Shown here: piece by piece, positions 33,977 through 43,618 of the stretch
Layout of the letters: each line of letters starts with the position of its first letter
Numbering within the stretch: position 1 is the stretch's first letter
Source of the DNA: Planctomycetota bacterium
GTDB taxonomy: Bacteria; Planctomycetota; GCA-002687715; CAIWVZ01
Reading direction: 5' to 3'
Assembly (NCBI GenBank): GCA_044222185.1
Contig: JBGANV010000005.1
Coordinates: 224,001-288,000, forward strand
DNA: 64,000 bases
Notes under the pieces: generated by a model
Databases searched by the model: none
Told to the model about the DNA's origin: nothing
What the model saw: the letters and a program-made list of their open reading frames with translations, nothing else
Translations under genes and position numbers: made by a program

Positions 33977-35154
33977 ACGTGCTGCTCTGGCTCGCGGGTG
34001 TCGGCGCCGCCGGCGTCCTCGCGGAACTCCTCCTGCGGATTCTCAGACGGCGATTCGTCGTTCCTGCCGTTTGTCAGCCCGGATTGCGCGAGCACCTGGC
34101 CGTCGTGCAGGAGGAACTGGCGACCCAGGGCTCCACCGTCCGGTTCGAAGTCAACCGGCTCGGAGAACGCGGCGCCGATCCGCCGTCGGACGGGGCCGAC
34201 GCATTTCGGATCCTCGTCTGCGGAGGCAGCGCCGCCGAGTGCTTCACACTCGACCAGCCTCAGACGTGGCCGGAGATCGCGAAGCGCCACCTGCAGACCG
34301 CGGAGTCGCTGCGCACGCTGGGCCGACGGCTCGTTCACCTGGGCAACGTGGCCCGGTCACTGGCTCTCCCGAGCTTCGTCGAGCAGATCCTGCTGAAGAT
34401 CGCGCCGCGATATCGCAACCTCGACCTCATCGTCATCATGACCGGCGCGAGCAACACGGCCATGTGGCTCGCCAACGGCGCCCCGGCCGCCGTCGAGGCC
34501 CGCCCCGCTCTGCCGGACAACCTCTTCGCCGTGAATCCCGACGGGCCTTACAAGTGGACGATCCGAGGGTCGGCCCTGTACCAGACGATCTACGGGCTGT
34601 GGTGCCTCCTCTTCCGCCCGATCAAGCGGGGACGCGTGGGTCGAACGATCGGCGCGTCGCGCAAGATGCGCGCGACGACGAAGTCGATACTCACGACGAT
34701 CCCCGACCCCCGTCCGATGCTCGACCAGTTCGACTCGGGATTCAGAAGTCTCATCGCCACGGCCAGGCGCATGGCCAGGCGCGTGCTCGTCGTCCGCCAG
34801 CCATGGTTCGACAAAGACGAGTTTTCGCCGCAGGAGCAGGCGGCGTTCTGGCACGGAGCGGCCGGTCATCCGCACCTGGGGTCCGTGGAGGCGTTCTACT
34901 CCTTCGAGATCGTCACCCGCCTCGTCCGTCTCGTCGATCGCCGCGCCGCCGAGATCGCCGACGAACTGGGCGTCGAGCAGATCGACCTTCTGCCCAGCCT
35001 CGAGCCCACGCTCGCGAACTTCTACGACTTCTGGCACTTCACACCGGCGGGCGCGGAGATCGTCGGTCGCATCGTCGCGGACGAAGTGCTGCGCAAGAAC
35101 GACGCGCCATCGGTGAATCTTGCGGGTGACGCCACGGCCACACGATCTCGGTAA
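33973..35154 (+). CDS. Membrane-anchored SGNH/GDSL hydrolase family protein
   Basis: GTGA overlap with the flippase stop, N-terminal TM, block I RILVCGGSAAEC, GASN and block V DFWHFT. Confidence 0.8.
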   Translation: MNVLLWLAGVGAAGVLAELLLRILRRRFVVPAVCQPGLREHLAVVQEELATQGSTVRFEVNRLGERGADPPSDGADAFRILVCGGSAAECFTLDQPQTWPEIAKRHLQTAESLRTLGRRLVHLGNVARSLALPSFVEQILLKIAPRYRNLDLIVIMTGASNTAMWLANGAPAAVEARPALPDNLFAVNPDGPYKWTIRGSALYQTIYGLWCLLFRPIKRGRVGRTIGASRKMRATTKSILTTIPDPRPMLDQFDSGFRSLIATARRMARRVLVVRQPWFDKDEFSPQEQAAFWHGAAGHPHLGSVEAFYSFEIVTRLVRLVDRRAAEIADELGVEQIDLLPSLEPTLANFYDFWHFTPAGAEIVGRIVADEVLRKNDAPSVNLAGDATATRSR

Positions 35155-35596
35155 GGCCGGCGGATCCCCTGTTGCGTGACGGGGACGGTCGGCCGGCACC
35201 CCGTTCGGATCGAACACGACTCCGGCGCCGGCGGACGCCGACTCCGGCGATGCCGCTCCAATCGAAGCGAGTGTCGAAGGGATGGTCCACCCGCGCCAGC
35301 TTCCCGATGACGAGGCTCGAACCGAGCCGGGCCGCGACGCTCGCGGCCGAGTGTGTGGCGATCGCGCCCGCGACGGATCGGATCTGGCGGATGCTCGCGC
35401 GCGTCGACCTGGCGTGCGATTCGCGCATCACGCTCGTGGGCCGTGGCGTCGGGCGGTAGATGCCGCCCCCTCGGGCGGTGCTCCGCGCCCACCGAGAGGC
35501 TGGCGTGTGGGGCCCAGGGCGACTCGCGCGGCAGGGCGCGAGCCCTGCCGGTCCGACCACGCGGAGCGTGGCGCTCCGGCGTGGCCGGCGACGGGG

Positions 35597-38500
35597 TCAG
35601 AACGACCGGGTCGTCACGTTGCCGTACTCGTCCTTTGCGAGGACGTTGAACGTCGGGTCCTTCGCCGCGGGGACGTTGCGTAGCGTGACCTGGTGCGTCG
35701 TGCCGAGGGTGTTCGAGGCCTCGATCGAGTAGAGCCGACCAGCGACCGAGATCCCGTCACCACTCACCGTGATCGCGCCGATGGCAAGCTTGTCGGTGAC
35801 GAACGTGGCCGTGATCTGATCGAAGCCAGGAGCGTTCGGCTCGGGCGTGCGACGAACCACGAGGCGACGGATCTCCGGCATTCGGCTGTCGACGGGAATC
35901 GTCGGCAGCGGGAACGTGTAGTTCTGCGAGTAGATCGAGTTCCGCAGCACGAAGTAGATGTAGTCGCGCATGTCCTTGCCCGTGATCTCGGGCCGCGGGA
36001 TCGCGCCGCCGAATCCCGCCCGGATGCTGTTGGCGAGCGTGTCGTAGGCCGACTGAACCGTTCCCGTCGACGCCTGGTACAGGTAGTTCAGCGCGACGTC
36101 GTCGAACGTCGGCACCGTCCCCAGCCGCGTGTATCCGAGAGGCCCATGCAACGCGATGAACGACGGCCGCGCGTTGTACGGGAACTTCGTCACGGTGCCG
36201 GCCCAGTGGATGGCTTCGCCGTTCAGGTACGCATTCTTGTCGTTCTGCACGACGTCGACGCCGGGGATGTACCGCCGCACCAGGGCGGGGCCGGTCGAAC
36301 CCATTCCCGTGGTCAACGCCACGGACTCGTTGTCGTCGATGCAGATCGCCCACGGATAGTGACGGCCCAGGTCCGGCACGCATCCGTCGACCTTGCCGCC
36401 CGAGAACACGCCCTGCGCACCGATGAAGTTCTGGCAGTACGTGCCGTCAGCCGAGATGCGCAGGATCGACGAGTTTCCGAGGCCGCCGACGAGCGGGACG
36501 AAGATGTCGTCGACGGGACCGATGTTCCCGTTTCGGTCGACCTCGGCCCAGATCCAGTCGTTCATGTTGGTCGTCTCGAGGATGTGCGTCTTGACCAACC
36601 GGACGACGCCGGTCCCGAGGTCGATGTCCTTGACGGTCTTCGTCAGGTTCTCGCTGACGATCAGGTGCCCGAGGGAGTTCAGGCGAACCGACTGCGGATA
36701 GCGAATCCAATCGTGGATCGTCTGCGTCGGATTGGCGCCGGGGACGTTCGCCGGATACGCCGACGGGTTGACCGTGCTCTCGACCGGCTTCGTGCCGCCG
36801 TTGAGCGAACCACCGGCCACCGTGACGACGGTTCCGGCCTGCGGGCCGTTGAAGAAGATCTTGCGGATCGCGCAGTTGTTCCGGTCCGCCACGATCAGGT
36901 TGCCCTGGGCGTCGAACACGAGGCTCGTGGGACGCCAGAAGCGCGCCTGCGACAGCGGGCCATCGACGTACTTCACGGTCTGGTTCGGGAGGCCGGCGAA
37001 CGTCGTGATGCTCGGCACGCCAGTGCCGATGTTCACGAGCGCCTGCGCCGATCCGCGGAGATCGACCTTCGCGATCCGGTCGTTCAGGATGTCGGCCACG
37101 TAGATGATGTTCGGGTCCAAGGGGTCGACGGCGAGGTCGTTGCTGACCTTGAAGTACGTCCCGTTGAAGTTGCCGATCAGCTCCTTGTCCGCGGCGAACG
37201 CGGTCTGGAGCGGCAGCGCCGTGTCCGTGAACAGGTAGGGCGGCTTGATGTCGAGGTTGCCCGGGTTGCGCGTGTTCACGTATCCCGCGAGGGTGCGCAT
37301 CTGCCCCGTGGGGTAGATGTGGAAGAGGCGACCGCTGACGTCGATGCCGATGAAGCCGCGCTCCGTCGGGTGCGGCACGAACGTGGAGTACGGACTCACG
37401 GACGAATTCCCGCGCTCGCCGCAGTACCAGTCGTACCGGTCGTTCTCGGGAAGAGCGCCCTCGCTGCTGCTGGCTCCGCGGGCGTAGTGCGGGTGCACGA
37501 GGATCTTGTCACGCAGCGGATTGGACGCATTCAGCGTGTTGCGCGCCCGATAGAACCGTGGTTCGGGACGGTACAGGCCTGGGCACGCGGCGAGCAGCGG
37601 CGTGTAGACCCAATGCTGCGGGCTCCGAAGCGCGAGCCGCGTCGCCGAATCCGTCGGAAGAGGCGAGTTCACCCACTGATAGGCGTGCGGCTGGTTCAGC
37701 TGCAGATGGCCCGGGTAGTAGACCGCGTCCACGCGCTGCGAACCGAACATCTGGCGGTAGGTGGGCGCCAGCGCGGGGACCCACTGCGGCTGGTTGATGA
37801 GCGGCGGACTGGCGGTGTTCTCGACGGCGAACGGGATGATGCGCGACTGGAATCGATGCCACTGCGAATCCGCGTCCACGCATTCGACGGACATGGCGTG
37901 CGTCCCGTCGACGACGGTGTTCGTGTTGAACGTCACGTTCGTGCCCAGCGGCGCCGGGCCCGCGACCCGGGTGTCATCGACGTAGTAAGCGACCTTCACG
38001 CCGGCCGGCGGAGTGTGTGCCGCGGCGCCGCCCTTGTCGAGCAGCACGGCATTGAGGGTCATCGTGCCCGCGTACGTCCGCATGGGGATCGGGTGGTGAT
38101 TGATGACCGTTCCGACCTGCGCGACTCCGTTGAACTTCGGGATGATGAAGATGTACTCGTCGCTCTGGACCTGGTCGATCACCCTCATCTGGAAGGTGAA
38201 TTGCGACTGCCGGGCCGCGCTGTCCGTCGAGGTCAGAACGACCGTGTAGAGCCCCGCGCTTGCGCCCGAGCAGTAGCCCGAGATGTAGAAGACGTTCGTC
38301 GAGTAGGGGTTGACGGTGAGGCCGGCGGGCAGGCTCGCGGCCGCGAGCGTGCAAGCGCCCGTCGCGCCCGTCGTCGGTGTCGTCTCGACCTTCATCACGA
38401 CCTGGGGCGAGCCCTCGGACACGTCGACGACCTGGCCCGGTCGGATGTAGTCGCTGGTCGGCGCCGAGGACGACGGCTTCACGCGAATGATCGGCCCTGC

Positions 38501-39262
38501 CGTCGTCGCGCGTGCGGCCACGGTGATGGTGACGTCACGCTGGGCACTCACGCCCTGTGCATCGACGACGCGAAAGCGGAAAACGTGCGTGCCCGCGTCG
38601 CCGAGCGCGGTCCACCAGTGAAAGCGGCGCGTGTTGGGATCGAACCACGTGCGGGTGGGAAGCGCGCCTGCAACCCCGTTCACCACTTTTTGCACGGTGT
38701 ACGTATCGGTGGCGTTGGCGTTGTCATCGACCTCGAAGAACGCGCCGAAGACCTCGCCTTCGGTCACGTTGTAAGCCAAGAGCGGGCTCACGATGGTCTT
38801 GACGTTCTGCGGCGCGCCGCCGGAGGGCTGGCTACCGTTCTGGATGCGCACGGGGATTTGCGCCGTGATCGTCGTGCCGCCCGCAACGAGCACGTCGGCG
38901 CTGAGCGTGTGTGTTCCGTTCGCGAACGTTGTCGTCGCGAGGTTCGCGGAATACGGCGCGACCGTGTCGGGGGCCCCGACGGCCGTCGAATCCAGGCGGA
39001 ACTGGACGGAAGTCACGCTGAGCGTCGGTAGTACGCGAGCGCGCAGAAGCACCGTCTCCGAGAGCACCGCGCCGCTCGATGGCGCCGTGATCTCGACCGA
39101 ACCGGCGCCCTGCGGAGGCAATGACACGTTCATCGACGCGAGCGCCGCCGGAGCGAGCAGCAGCGCGATCGACGCCGTCGTGACGAGTCGAAACCGATTG
39201 CGATTGGGTTCGGCGAGCGACACGCCGTGATTCGGCGAGCCTTGGGAGTGCCTGGAGGCCAT
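35597..39262 (-). CDS. Large secreted protein with Ig-like domains and NHL-type propeller repeats
   Basis: Signal peptide (RFRLVTTASIALLLAPAALA), Ig-like units (VQFRLD..PYS...NGTHTL; VAYYVD..DGTHAM) and NHL-like units (DLAVDP..IYVADILNDRI; DGPLSQARFWRPTSLVFDAQGNLIVADRNNCAIRKI). Confidence 0.75.
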   Translation of the reverse strand: MASRHSQGSPNHGVSLAEPNRNRFRLVTTASIALLLAPAALASMNVSLPPQGAGSVEITAPSSGAVLSETVLLRARVLPTLSVTSVQFRLDSTAVGAPDTVAPYSANLATTTFANGTHTLSADVLVAGGTTITAQIPVRIQNGSQPSGGAPQNVKTIVSPLLAYNVTEGEVFGAFFEVDDNANATDTYTVQKVVNGVAGALPTRTWFDPNTRRFHWWTALGDAGTHVFRFRVVDAQGVSAQRDVTITVAARATTAGPIIRVKPSSSAPTSDYIRPGQVVDVSEGSPQVVMKVETTPTTGATGACTLAAASLPAGLTVNPYSTNVFYISGYCSGASAGLYTVVLTSTDSAARQSQFTFQMRVIDQVQSDEYIFIIPKFNGVAQVGTVINHHPIPMRTYAGTMTLNAVLLDKGGAAAHTPPAGVKVAYYVDDTRVAGPAPLGTNVTFNTNTVVDGTHAMSVECVDADSQWHRFQSRIIPFAVENTASPPLINQPQWVPALAPTYRQMFGSQRVDAVYYPGHLQLNQPHAYQWVNSPLPTDSATRLALRSPQHWVYTPLLAACPGLYRPEPRFYRARNTLNASNPLRDKILVHPHYARGASSSEGALPENDRYDWYCGERGNSSVSPYSTFVPHPTERGFIGIDVSGRLFHIYPTGQMRTLAGYVNTRNPGNLDIKPPYLFTDTALPLQTAFAADKELIGNFNGTYFKVSNDLAVDPLDPNIIYVADILNDRIAKVDLRGSAQALVNIGTGVPSITTFAGLPNQTVKYVDGPLSQARFWRPTSLVFDAQGNLIVADRNNCAIRKIFFNGPQAGTVVTVAGGSLNGGTKPVESTVNPSAYPANVPGANPTQTIHDWIRYPQSVRLNSLGHLIVSENLTKTVKDIDLGTGVVRLVKTHILETTNMNDWIWAEVDRNGNIGPVDDIFVPLVGGLGNSSILRISADGTYCQNFIGAQGVFSGGKVDGCVPDLGRHYPWAICIDDNESVALTTGMGSTGPALVRRYIPGVDVVQNDKNAYLNGEAIHWAGTVTKFPYNARPSFIALHGPLGYTRLGTVPTFDDVALNYLYQASTGTVQSAYDTLANSIRAGFGGAIPRPEITGKDMRDYIYFVLRNSIYSQNYTFPLPTIPVDSRMPEIRRLVVRRTPEPNAPGFDQITATFVTDKLAIGAITVSGDGISVAGRLYSIEASNTLGTTHQVTLRNVPAAKDPTFNVLAKDEYGNVTTRSF

Positions 39263-39475
39263 GTCGGGGATCCTCGGAGAAGCTGTGGGAGGGATGCGGT
39301 GCCGCGTGCGACCGGGCCGAGCGCAGCCCGTGTCGCAAAAGTCAAAGAAACGGCACATGACGAGATGCATCGACGCTCCGAAGATCGAGCTTGAGTCCCG
39401 TACGACATGGCGGAATTCCGCCCCGCGGAGGTCTCTTCGACCCGCGGCGCCGCCCAGGCGCGGCTCGTGGCGCGA

Positions 39476-40153
39476 TCAGCGGCGCAGAAGCGCGACGCCG
39501 CAGGCGACGTGGCCGTCGCTGACGACGAAACGTGCGCGCACGATCGCATCGTGCGGCCACAGTTCCGCCGCATTCGTGGCTCGTCGCGCGGCAAACGTGC
39601 CCGCATCTTCGTCCAGCTCGACGATGACGTCCGCGAACTCGAGGAACCGTCGTGTCAGCGGGTACTGACACTTGTACACGGCTTCCTTGGCGCTGAAGAC
39701 GAGCTTGGCGAGGAGCCCACGGCGTGCGAGCGGCTGCGCCTCGAGCCAGCGGATCTCCTCCTCCGTGCAGATCGAAGGGACGAGTTTGTCGGCGAGCGCG
39801 TCCGACTGTTCCACGTCCACACCCACGGAGACGACGCCGGGGTCGTTCGACACGGCGACGACGCACCAGTCGCTCGTGTGCGAGATGCTCCCGACGATTC
39901 CCGCGGGCCACTGCGGCGCGCGGTCGGGCCCCATGGGGATCACGACGTCGCGCACGGACAGCGCGCCGAGCGCTTCGCGGGCGAGCTGGCGGCCCGCCAC
40001 GAACTCGCGCCGACGCTTTTCCACGGCGCGCGCGACCGCCAACGCCTCCTCGTCGGGCAGCGGCACTTCACCGGCCCCCGGCGCCCCCTCGGCCGTCACG
40101 ATCGGCGGCTCGAAGATCCGTGGTCCCAGAGATTCACGACGACGCTGCATCAC
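39476..40153 (-). CDS. 4'-phosphopantetheinyl transferase (EntD/Sfp type)
   Basis: RRREFVAGR, PQWPAGIVGSISHT, GVDVE and FSAKEAVYK. Overlaps the upstream stop. Confidence 0.93.
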   Translation of the reverse strand: MMQRRRESLGPRIFEPPIVTAEGAPGAGEVPLPDEEALAVARAVEKRRREFVAGRQLAREALGALSVRDVVIPMGPDRAPQWPAGIVGSISHTSDWCVVAVSNDPGVVSVGVDVEQSDALADKLVPSICTEEEIRWLEAQPLARRGLLAKLVFSAKEAVYKCQYPLTRRFLEFADVIVELDEDAGTFAARRATNAAELWPHDAIVRARFVVSDGHVACGVALLRR

Positions 40154-42951
40154 CGCCCTGGCGCCTCGTCGAGGTGATCCACCACCAGATCGTGGAACCC
40201 GCGCCGCACCTCCGCGATCAATCCGTTGTCGCGCGTCGGGTAAACCCGGTTCGTCAAGAGGACGATGCAGAGATCGGTCTGCGGATCACACCAGATCGAC
40301 GTCCCCGTGAACCCCGTGTGCCCGAAGGCTCCACGGGACAGCTTGTTTCCGCCGGAGCCGCCGGGTGTGAACGTGTCCCACACGAGCGCGCGCGAGCTGT
40401 CCCTCACCAGCGACGCTGGCCGCGTGAAGAGGGAGGCCGTGCTGCGTTTGATCCAACCGGAGCCGCCACCGAGGAACGCGTTGCCGACGCGCGCCACGTC
40501 GCGCGCCGTCGCGAACAAGCCAGCGTGGCCGGACACTCCACCCATGGCGAAAGCGTTCTCGTCGTGAACCTGCCCACGAACGACCGTTCCCCGCCACGCG
40601 CAGTTCTCCGTCGGCGCGGCGTCGATCGGTGTGCCCGTGTGCGTGAATCCGCTCGCCTGCATGTGCAGCGGCTTCAAGACCTCGTCGGTGACGACCGTCT
40701 CGAACGGACGACCCGTCACGCGCTCGACGCACGCCATGAGCAGGATGAGACCCAGGTCCGAATACACGGTCTTTGCGCCCGGTTTGTCGACGAGCGGCTC
40801 GCGCGCCGCCGCATCCACGATGGCATCGCGGCCCTTCAACGTGGCGTAGAACTTCCGGAACGGCGGCAGACCGGCGCAGTGCGTCATCAAATGGCGAAGC
40901 GTCACCGCGTCCTTGTCGCCGCCGGCGAATGCCGGGACGAGTTCGCTCACCTTTTGATCCAGCGAGAGTTTCTTCTGCTCCACGAGGCGTGCGAGGACGG
41001 GCATGGTCGCGCAGACCTTCGTGAGTGAGGCGAGGTCGAAGCGGGTCGTCGCCCTGATCGCCGGCGCGCCCGCGTCGTAGGTCTCGCGACCGGCGGCGAC
41101 CTCGCAGGCGAGCTGGCCTCGACGCGTCACGACGGCGACGGCGCCCGAGAACGCGCGCCGCGCGATCTGCGAGTCGAGGAACGCGCGCACGTCGTCGGCG
41201 AGGGTCGGGCGGAAGCCCAGGTCGCTCGCGGCGGCGCGCGAGTCGGTGGCCGCATCGAGCGATTCGCCGTAGGCCGACAGCCCACCCCCGAGCGGCGCCA
41301 CGTCCGGAATCGTCACGGGCAATCGCCCCGTGATCGGCGCGCGGCCGAGCAACGCATCGCCGACGGCTTCCTCGATGGGCTCCGTCGAATCGAAAGCGCA
41401 GATCGCCGTCGGAGCCTCGGGCAACTGCCGCAGGAGGTACGGATCGCCAAACAGCACGAGGATCGATGACGGCCGGCGCTGCAGGAGCGTTCGGATCGCC
41501 GCCACGGCGCGCGCCTCCACCTCCGCCCCCACGTCGAAGTAGTGCAGGTGGACGGCCACGATCGTGACGTCGGCGTTGGCGCCAGAGATCGCCGCCGAGT
41601 CCCAACTTGCCGAGGGGTCGGTCGGCGTCACGGCGTGTCCACTGACTTTCAGGTGACCCTCCATCAACCGCTGGCGGAGAGCCCGCCGGCCGAGGTCCGA
41701 CTCCTTCGCGACGACGTTCACCACGTGCGCGCTTCGCGACGCCGTGAGGGGCAAGAGCTCCGCATCATCGCGCACGAGCGTGATTCCGCGGCGGGCGATT
41801 TCCCGCGCGACGTCCCGATGGGCTTTCGCTTCGATGAGGGACTTCCAGTCGTCGCGACCTCCGCGGCGCCCCGCGAGGAGGCCGAGCCGCTCTTTCGCGC
41901 CGAGGATCCGACGGACGGCCTCGTCCAGACGCGCCATGGGCACGCGTCCGGACTTCACCGCGGCGACGACGGCTCCGTGCGTCGCGATCGGGTCGGGCGG
42001 CATGAGCAGCACGTCCGCCCCCGCGAGCAGCGCGCGTACGGCCGCATCTCCCGGCGGCTGACCGCGCGTGATCGCCTGCATGTCGAGCGCATCCGTGATG
42101 GCGAGTCCCGTGAATCCCATCTCCTCCCGCAGGAGCTTCGTCATCACCGAGGCTTCGAGCGTCGCCGATCGATCGGGCGGCACGCCGAGCGCCTCGACCG
42201 TGAGGTGCCCGGACATCACGGCCTGCAACCCCGCCTTGATCGCCGTGCGAAACGGCAGCAGCGACGTCCGCTCGAGTTGCGCGCGATCTCCTGGGACGAC
42301 CGGCAGCTCCTTGTGCGAATCCGCCACCGTGTCGCCGTGACCGGGGAAATGCTTGCCCGTGGCGATGCATCCCGTCGATTGCAGCCCTTCGACGAACGCC
42401 GTGCCCAGTCGCGCGACGGCGGGCGCGCTCTCGCCGAACGACCGCGCGTTGATGATGGGGTTGAGCGGGTTCGTGTTCACGTCGAGGTCGGGCGCGAACA
42501 CGAGGTGGACGCCGAGTGCCGACGCCTCCTCCCCCGTCACGCGTCCGTGTTCGCGTGCGAGTCGGGTCGAACCCGTCGCGCCGAGCAGCATGGGATACCC
42601 CAGCGGCGTCGCGCCCGTGAACCGCGTGGTGACTCCACCTTCGAAGTCGCTGCCGAGCCACAGCGGCACCTTCGCCAGATCCTGCAGCTCGCCGCCCAGT
42701 CGTTTCGCATCCGCCGCCGTGCCGAGCGAGAGGATCACGCCCCCGATCCCCAGATCCTTCACGAGCGCCTTCATCTTCGCCGGCGCCGTCCCCGTCCCGT
42801 CGTCCGTCGACAGGATCCAGCACATGAACAGTTGCCCCGCCTTCTCCTCCACCGTCATGCGCGCGAGGAGCGCGTCGGCGGACTGTTGGGCGCGGGCGGA
42901 CGTGCCAAGCATCGAGACGAACGCCAGGAGAAAAAGCGCGGTGCGCTGCAT
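40150..42951 (-). CDS. Secreted GH3 beta-N-acetylglucosaminidase (NagZ-like) fused to a beta-lactamase/serine hydrolase domain
   Basis: Signal peptide, DFEGG, NP.NPIINARSFG, KHFPGHGDT..DSH and ITDALDM. C-terminal domain has FDLASLTK (SxxK), YSD and GHTGFTG. Confidence 0.93.
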   Translation of the reverse strand: MQRTALFLLAFVSMLGTSARAQQSADALLARMTVEEKAGQLFMCWILSTDDGTGTAPAKMKALVKDLGIGGVILSLGTAADAKRLGGELQDLAKVPLWLGSDFEGGVTTRFTGATPLGYPMLLGATGSTRLAREHGRVTGEEASALGVHLVFAPDLDVNTNPLNPIINARSFGESAPAVARLGTAFVEGLQSTGCIATGKHFPGHGDTVADSHKELPVVPGDRAQLERTSLLPFRTAIKAGLQAVMSGHLTVEALGVPPDRSATLEASVMTKLLREEMGFTGLAITDALDMQAITRGQPPGDAAVRALLAGADVLLMPPDPIATHGAVVAAVKSGRVPMARLDEAVRRILGAKERLGLLAGRRGGRDDWKSLIEAKAHRDVAREIARRGITLVRDDAELLPLTASRSAHVVNVVAKESDLGRRALRQRLMEGHLKVSGHAVTPTDPSASWDSAAISGANADVTIVAVHLHYFDVGAEVEARAVAAIRTLLQRRPSSILVLFGDPYLLRQLPEAPTAICAFDSTEPIEEAVGDALLGRAPITGRLPVTIPDVAPLGGGLSAYGESLDAATDSRAAASDLGFRPTLADDVRAFLDSQIARRAFSGAVAVVTRRGQLACEVAAGRETYDAGAPAIRATTRFDLASLTKVCATMPVLARLVEQKKLSLDQKVSELVPAFAGGDKDAVTLRHLMTHCAGLPPFRKFYATLKGRDAIVDAAAREPLVDKPGAKTVYSDLGLILLMACVERVTGRPFETVVTDEVLKPLHMQASGFTHTGTPIDAAPTENCAWRGTVVRGQVHDENAFAMGGVSGHAGLFATARDVARVGNAFLGGGSGWIKRSTASLFTRPASLVRDSSRALVWDTFTPGGSGGNKLSRGAFGHTGFTGTSIWCDPQTDLCIVLLTNRVYPTRDNGLIAEVRRGFHDLVVDHLDEAPGR

Positions 42952-43095
42952 TGGCCGAGTGTATCGAGCTTCGGACCTCGGCGCCTCGCAGGACGCGGGC
43001 GAATCTCCGAGGAATTCCCCAGGTTCAAGAATTACCGCCGATCCATGGCAGACCCGATACCCTGGGCGAGACATGAAGCCGGCAACACCGTGAGG

Positions 43096-43542
43096 GTGAA
43101 CGTGTCGCTTCCGCCGTAGCTCGCGCGCTTCGTCCGCGCGATCGTGGACAGCGGCAACCACGCATCCGTGAGCGAGATCGTCCGCGAGGCCCTGCGAGTC
43201 CTCGCGTCGCATCAGGCGGCGCAATCGGGGACGCGTGGGCACGTCGCCCGGTCTCCGTCCACCACGAAGCTTCACAGGAACAAGGCCATGCGATCCGCCG
43301 CCGCCATCCGGAAGCTGTCACGAGAATGCCGACTGGACGGGCTCTCCATCGAAGACCTCATCGATGAAGGCCGAGGTCGGAGAGGCTCGCACCGGACCTC
43401 GCGCAGGCCGTCGGGCTGCCGCTCGGCACGTTGGATTGAGGTGGCCGCAAGCCCCGGGCTCGAGCACGCGGCGCAGAAGTGCGGAGTGGAGATCCTCTCC
43501 CTCGAGATGATCCGCAGGTGGACGGATCGGCCCGAGGCATGA
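43096..43542 (+). pseudogene. Decayed type II toxin-antitoxin module: ParD/VapB-like RHH antitoxin with an internal stop, fused to a PIN-toxin-like C-terminal remnant
   Basis: Reads VNVSLPP*LARFVRAIVDSGNHASVSEIVREALRVL with TAG at 43117-43119, then the antitoxin-like end LSIEDLIDEGR, then LEHAAQKCGVEIL, which resembles VapC C-termini. Confidence 0.65.
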
Positions 43543-43618
43543 ACGCTCCATTCCACCCGACCGTTGCGCATGGAGGTCGGGCGACTCACGAACGACGACC
43601 TTCAGAGCGCGGAACGCG

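Noticed and set aside
35160-35596. 440-bp gap between convergent genes containing short ORFs
   Set aside because: No recognisable protein motif, RNA structure or repeat.
40150-41200. Antibiotic-resistance beta-lactamase
   Set aside because: The SxxK domain is fused to a NagZ-like GH3, an architecture linked to cell wall turnover rather than resistance.
43117-43119. TAG as recoded pyrrolysine or readthrough
   Set aside because: No pyl genes are present, TAG appears as an ordinary stop at 26805-26807, and the surrounding module is visibly decayed.
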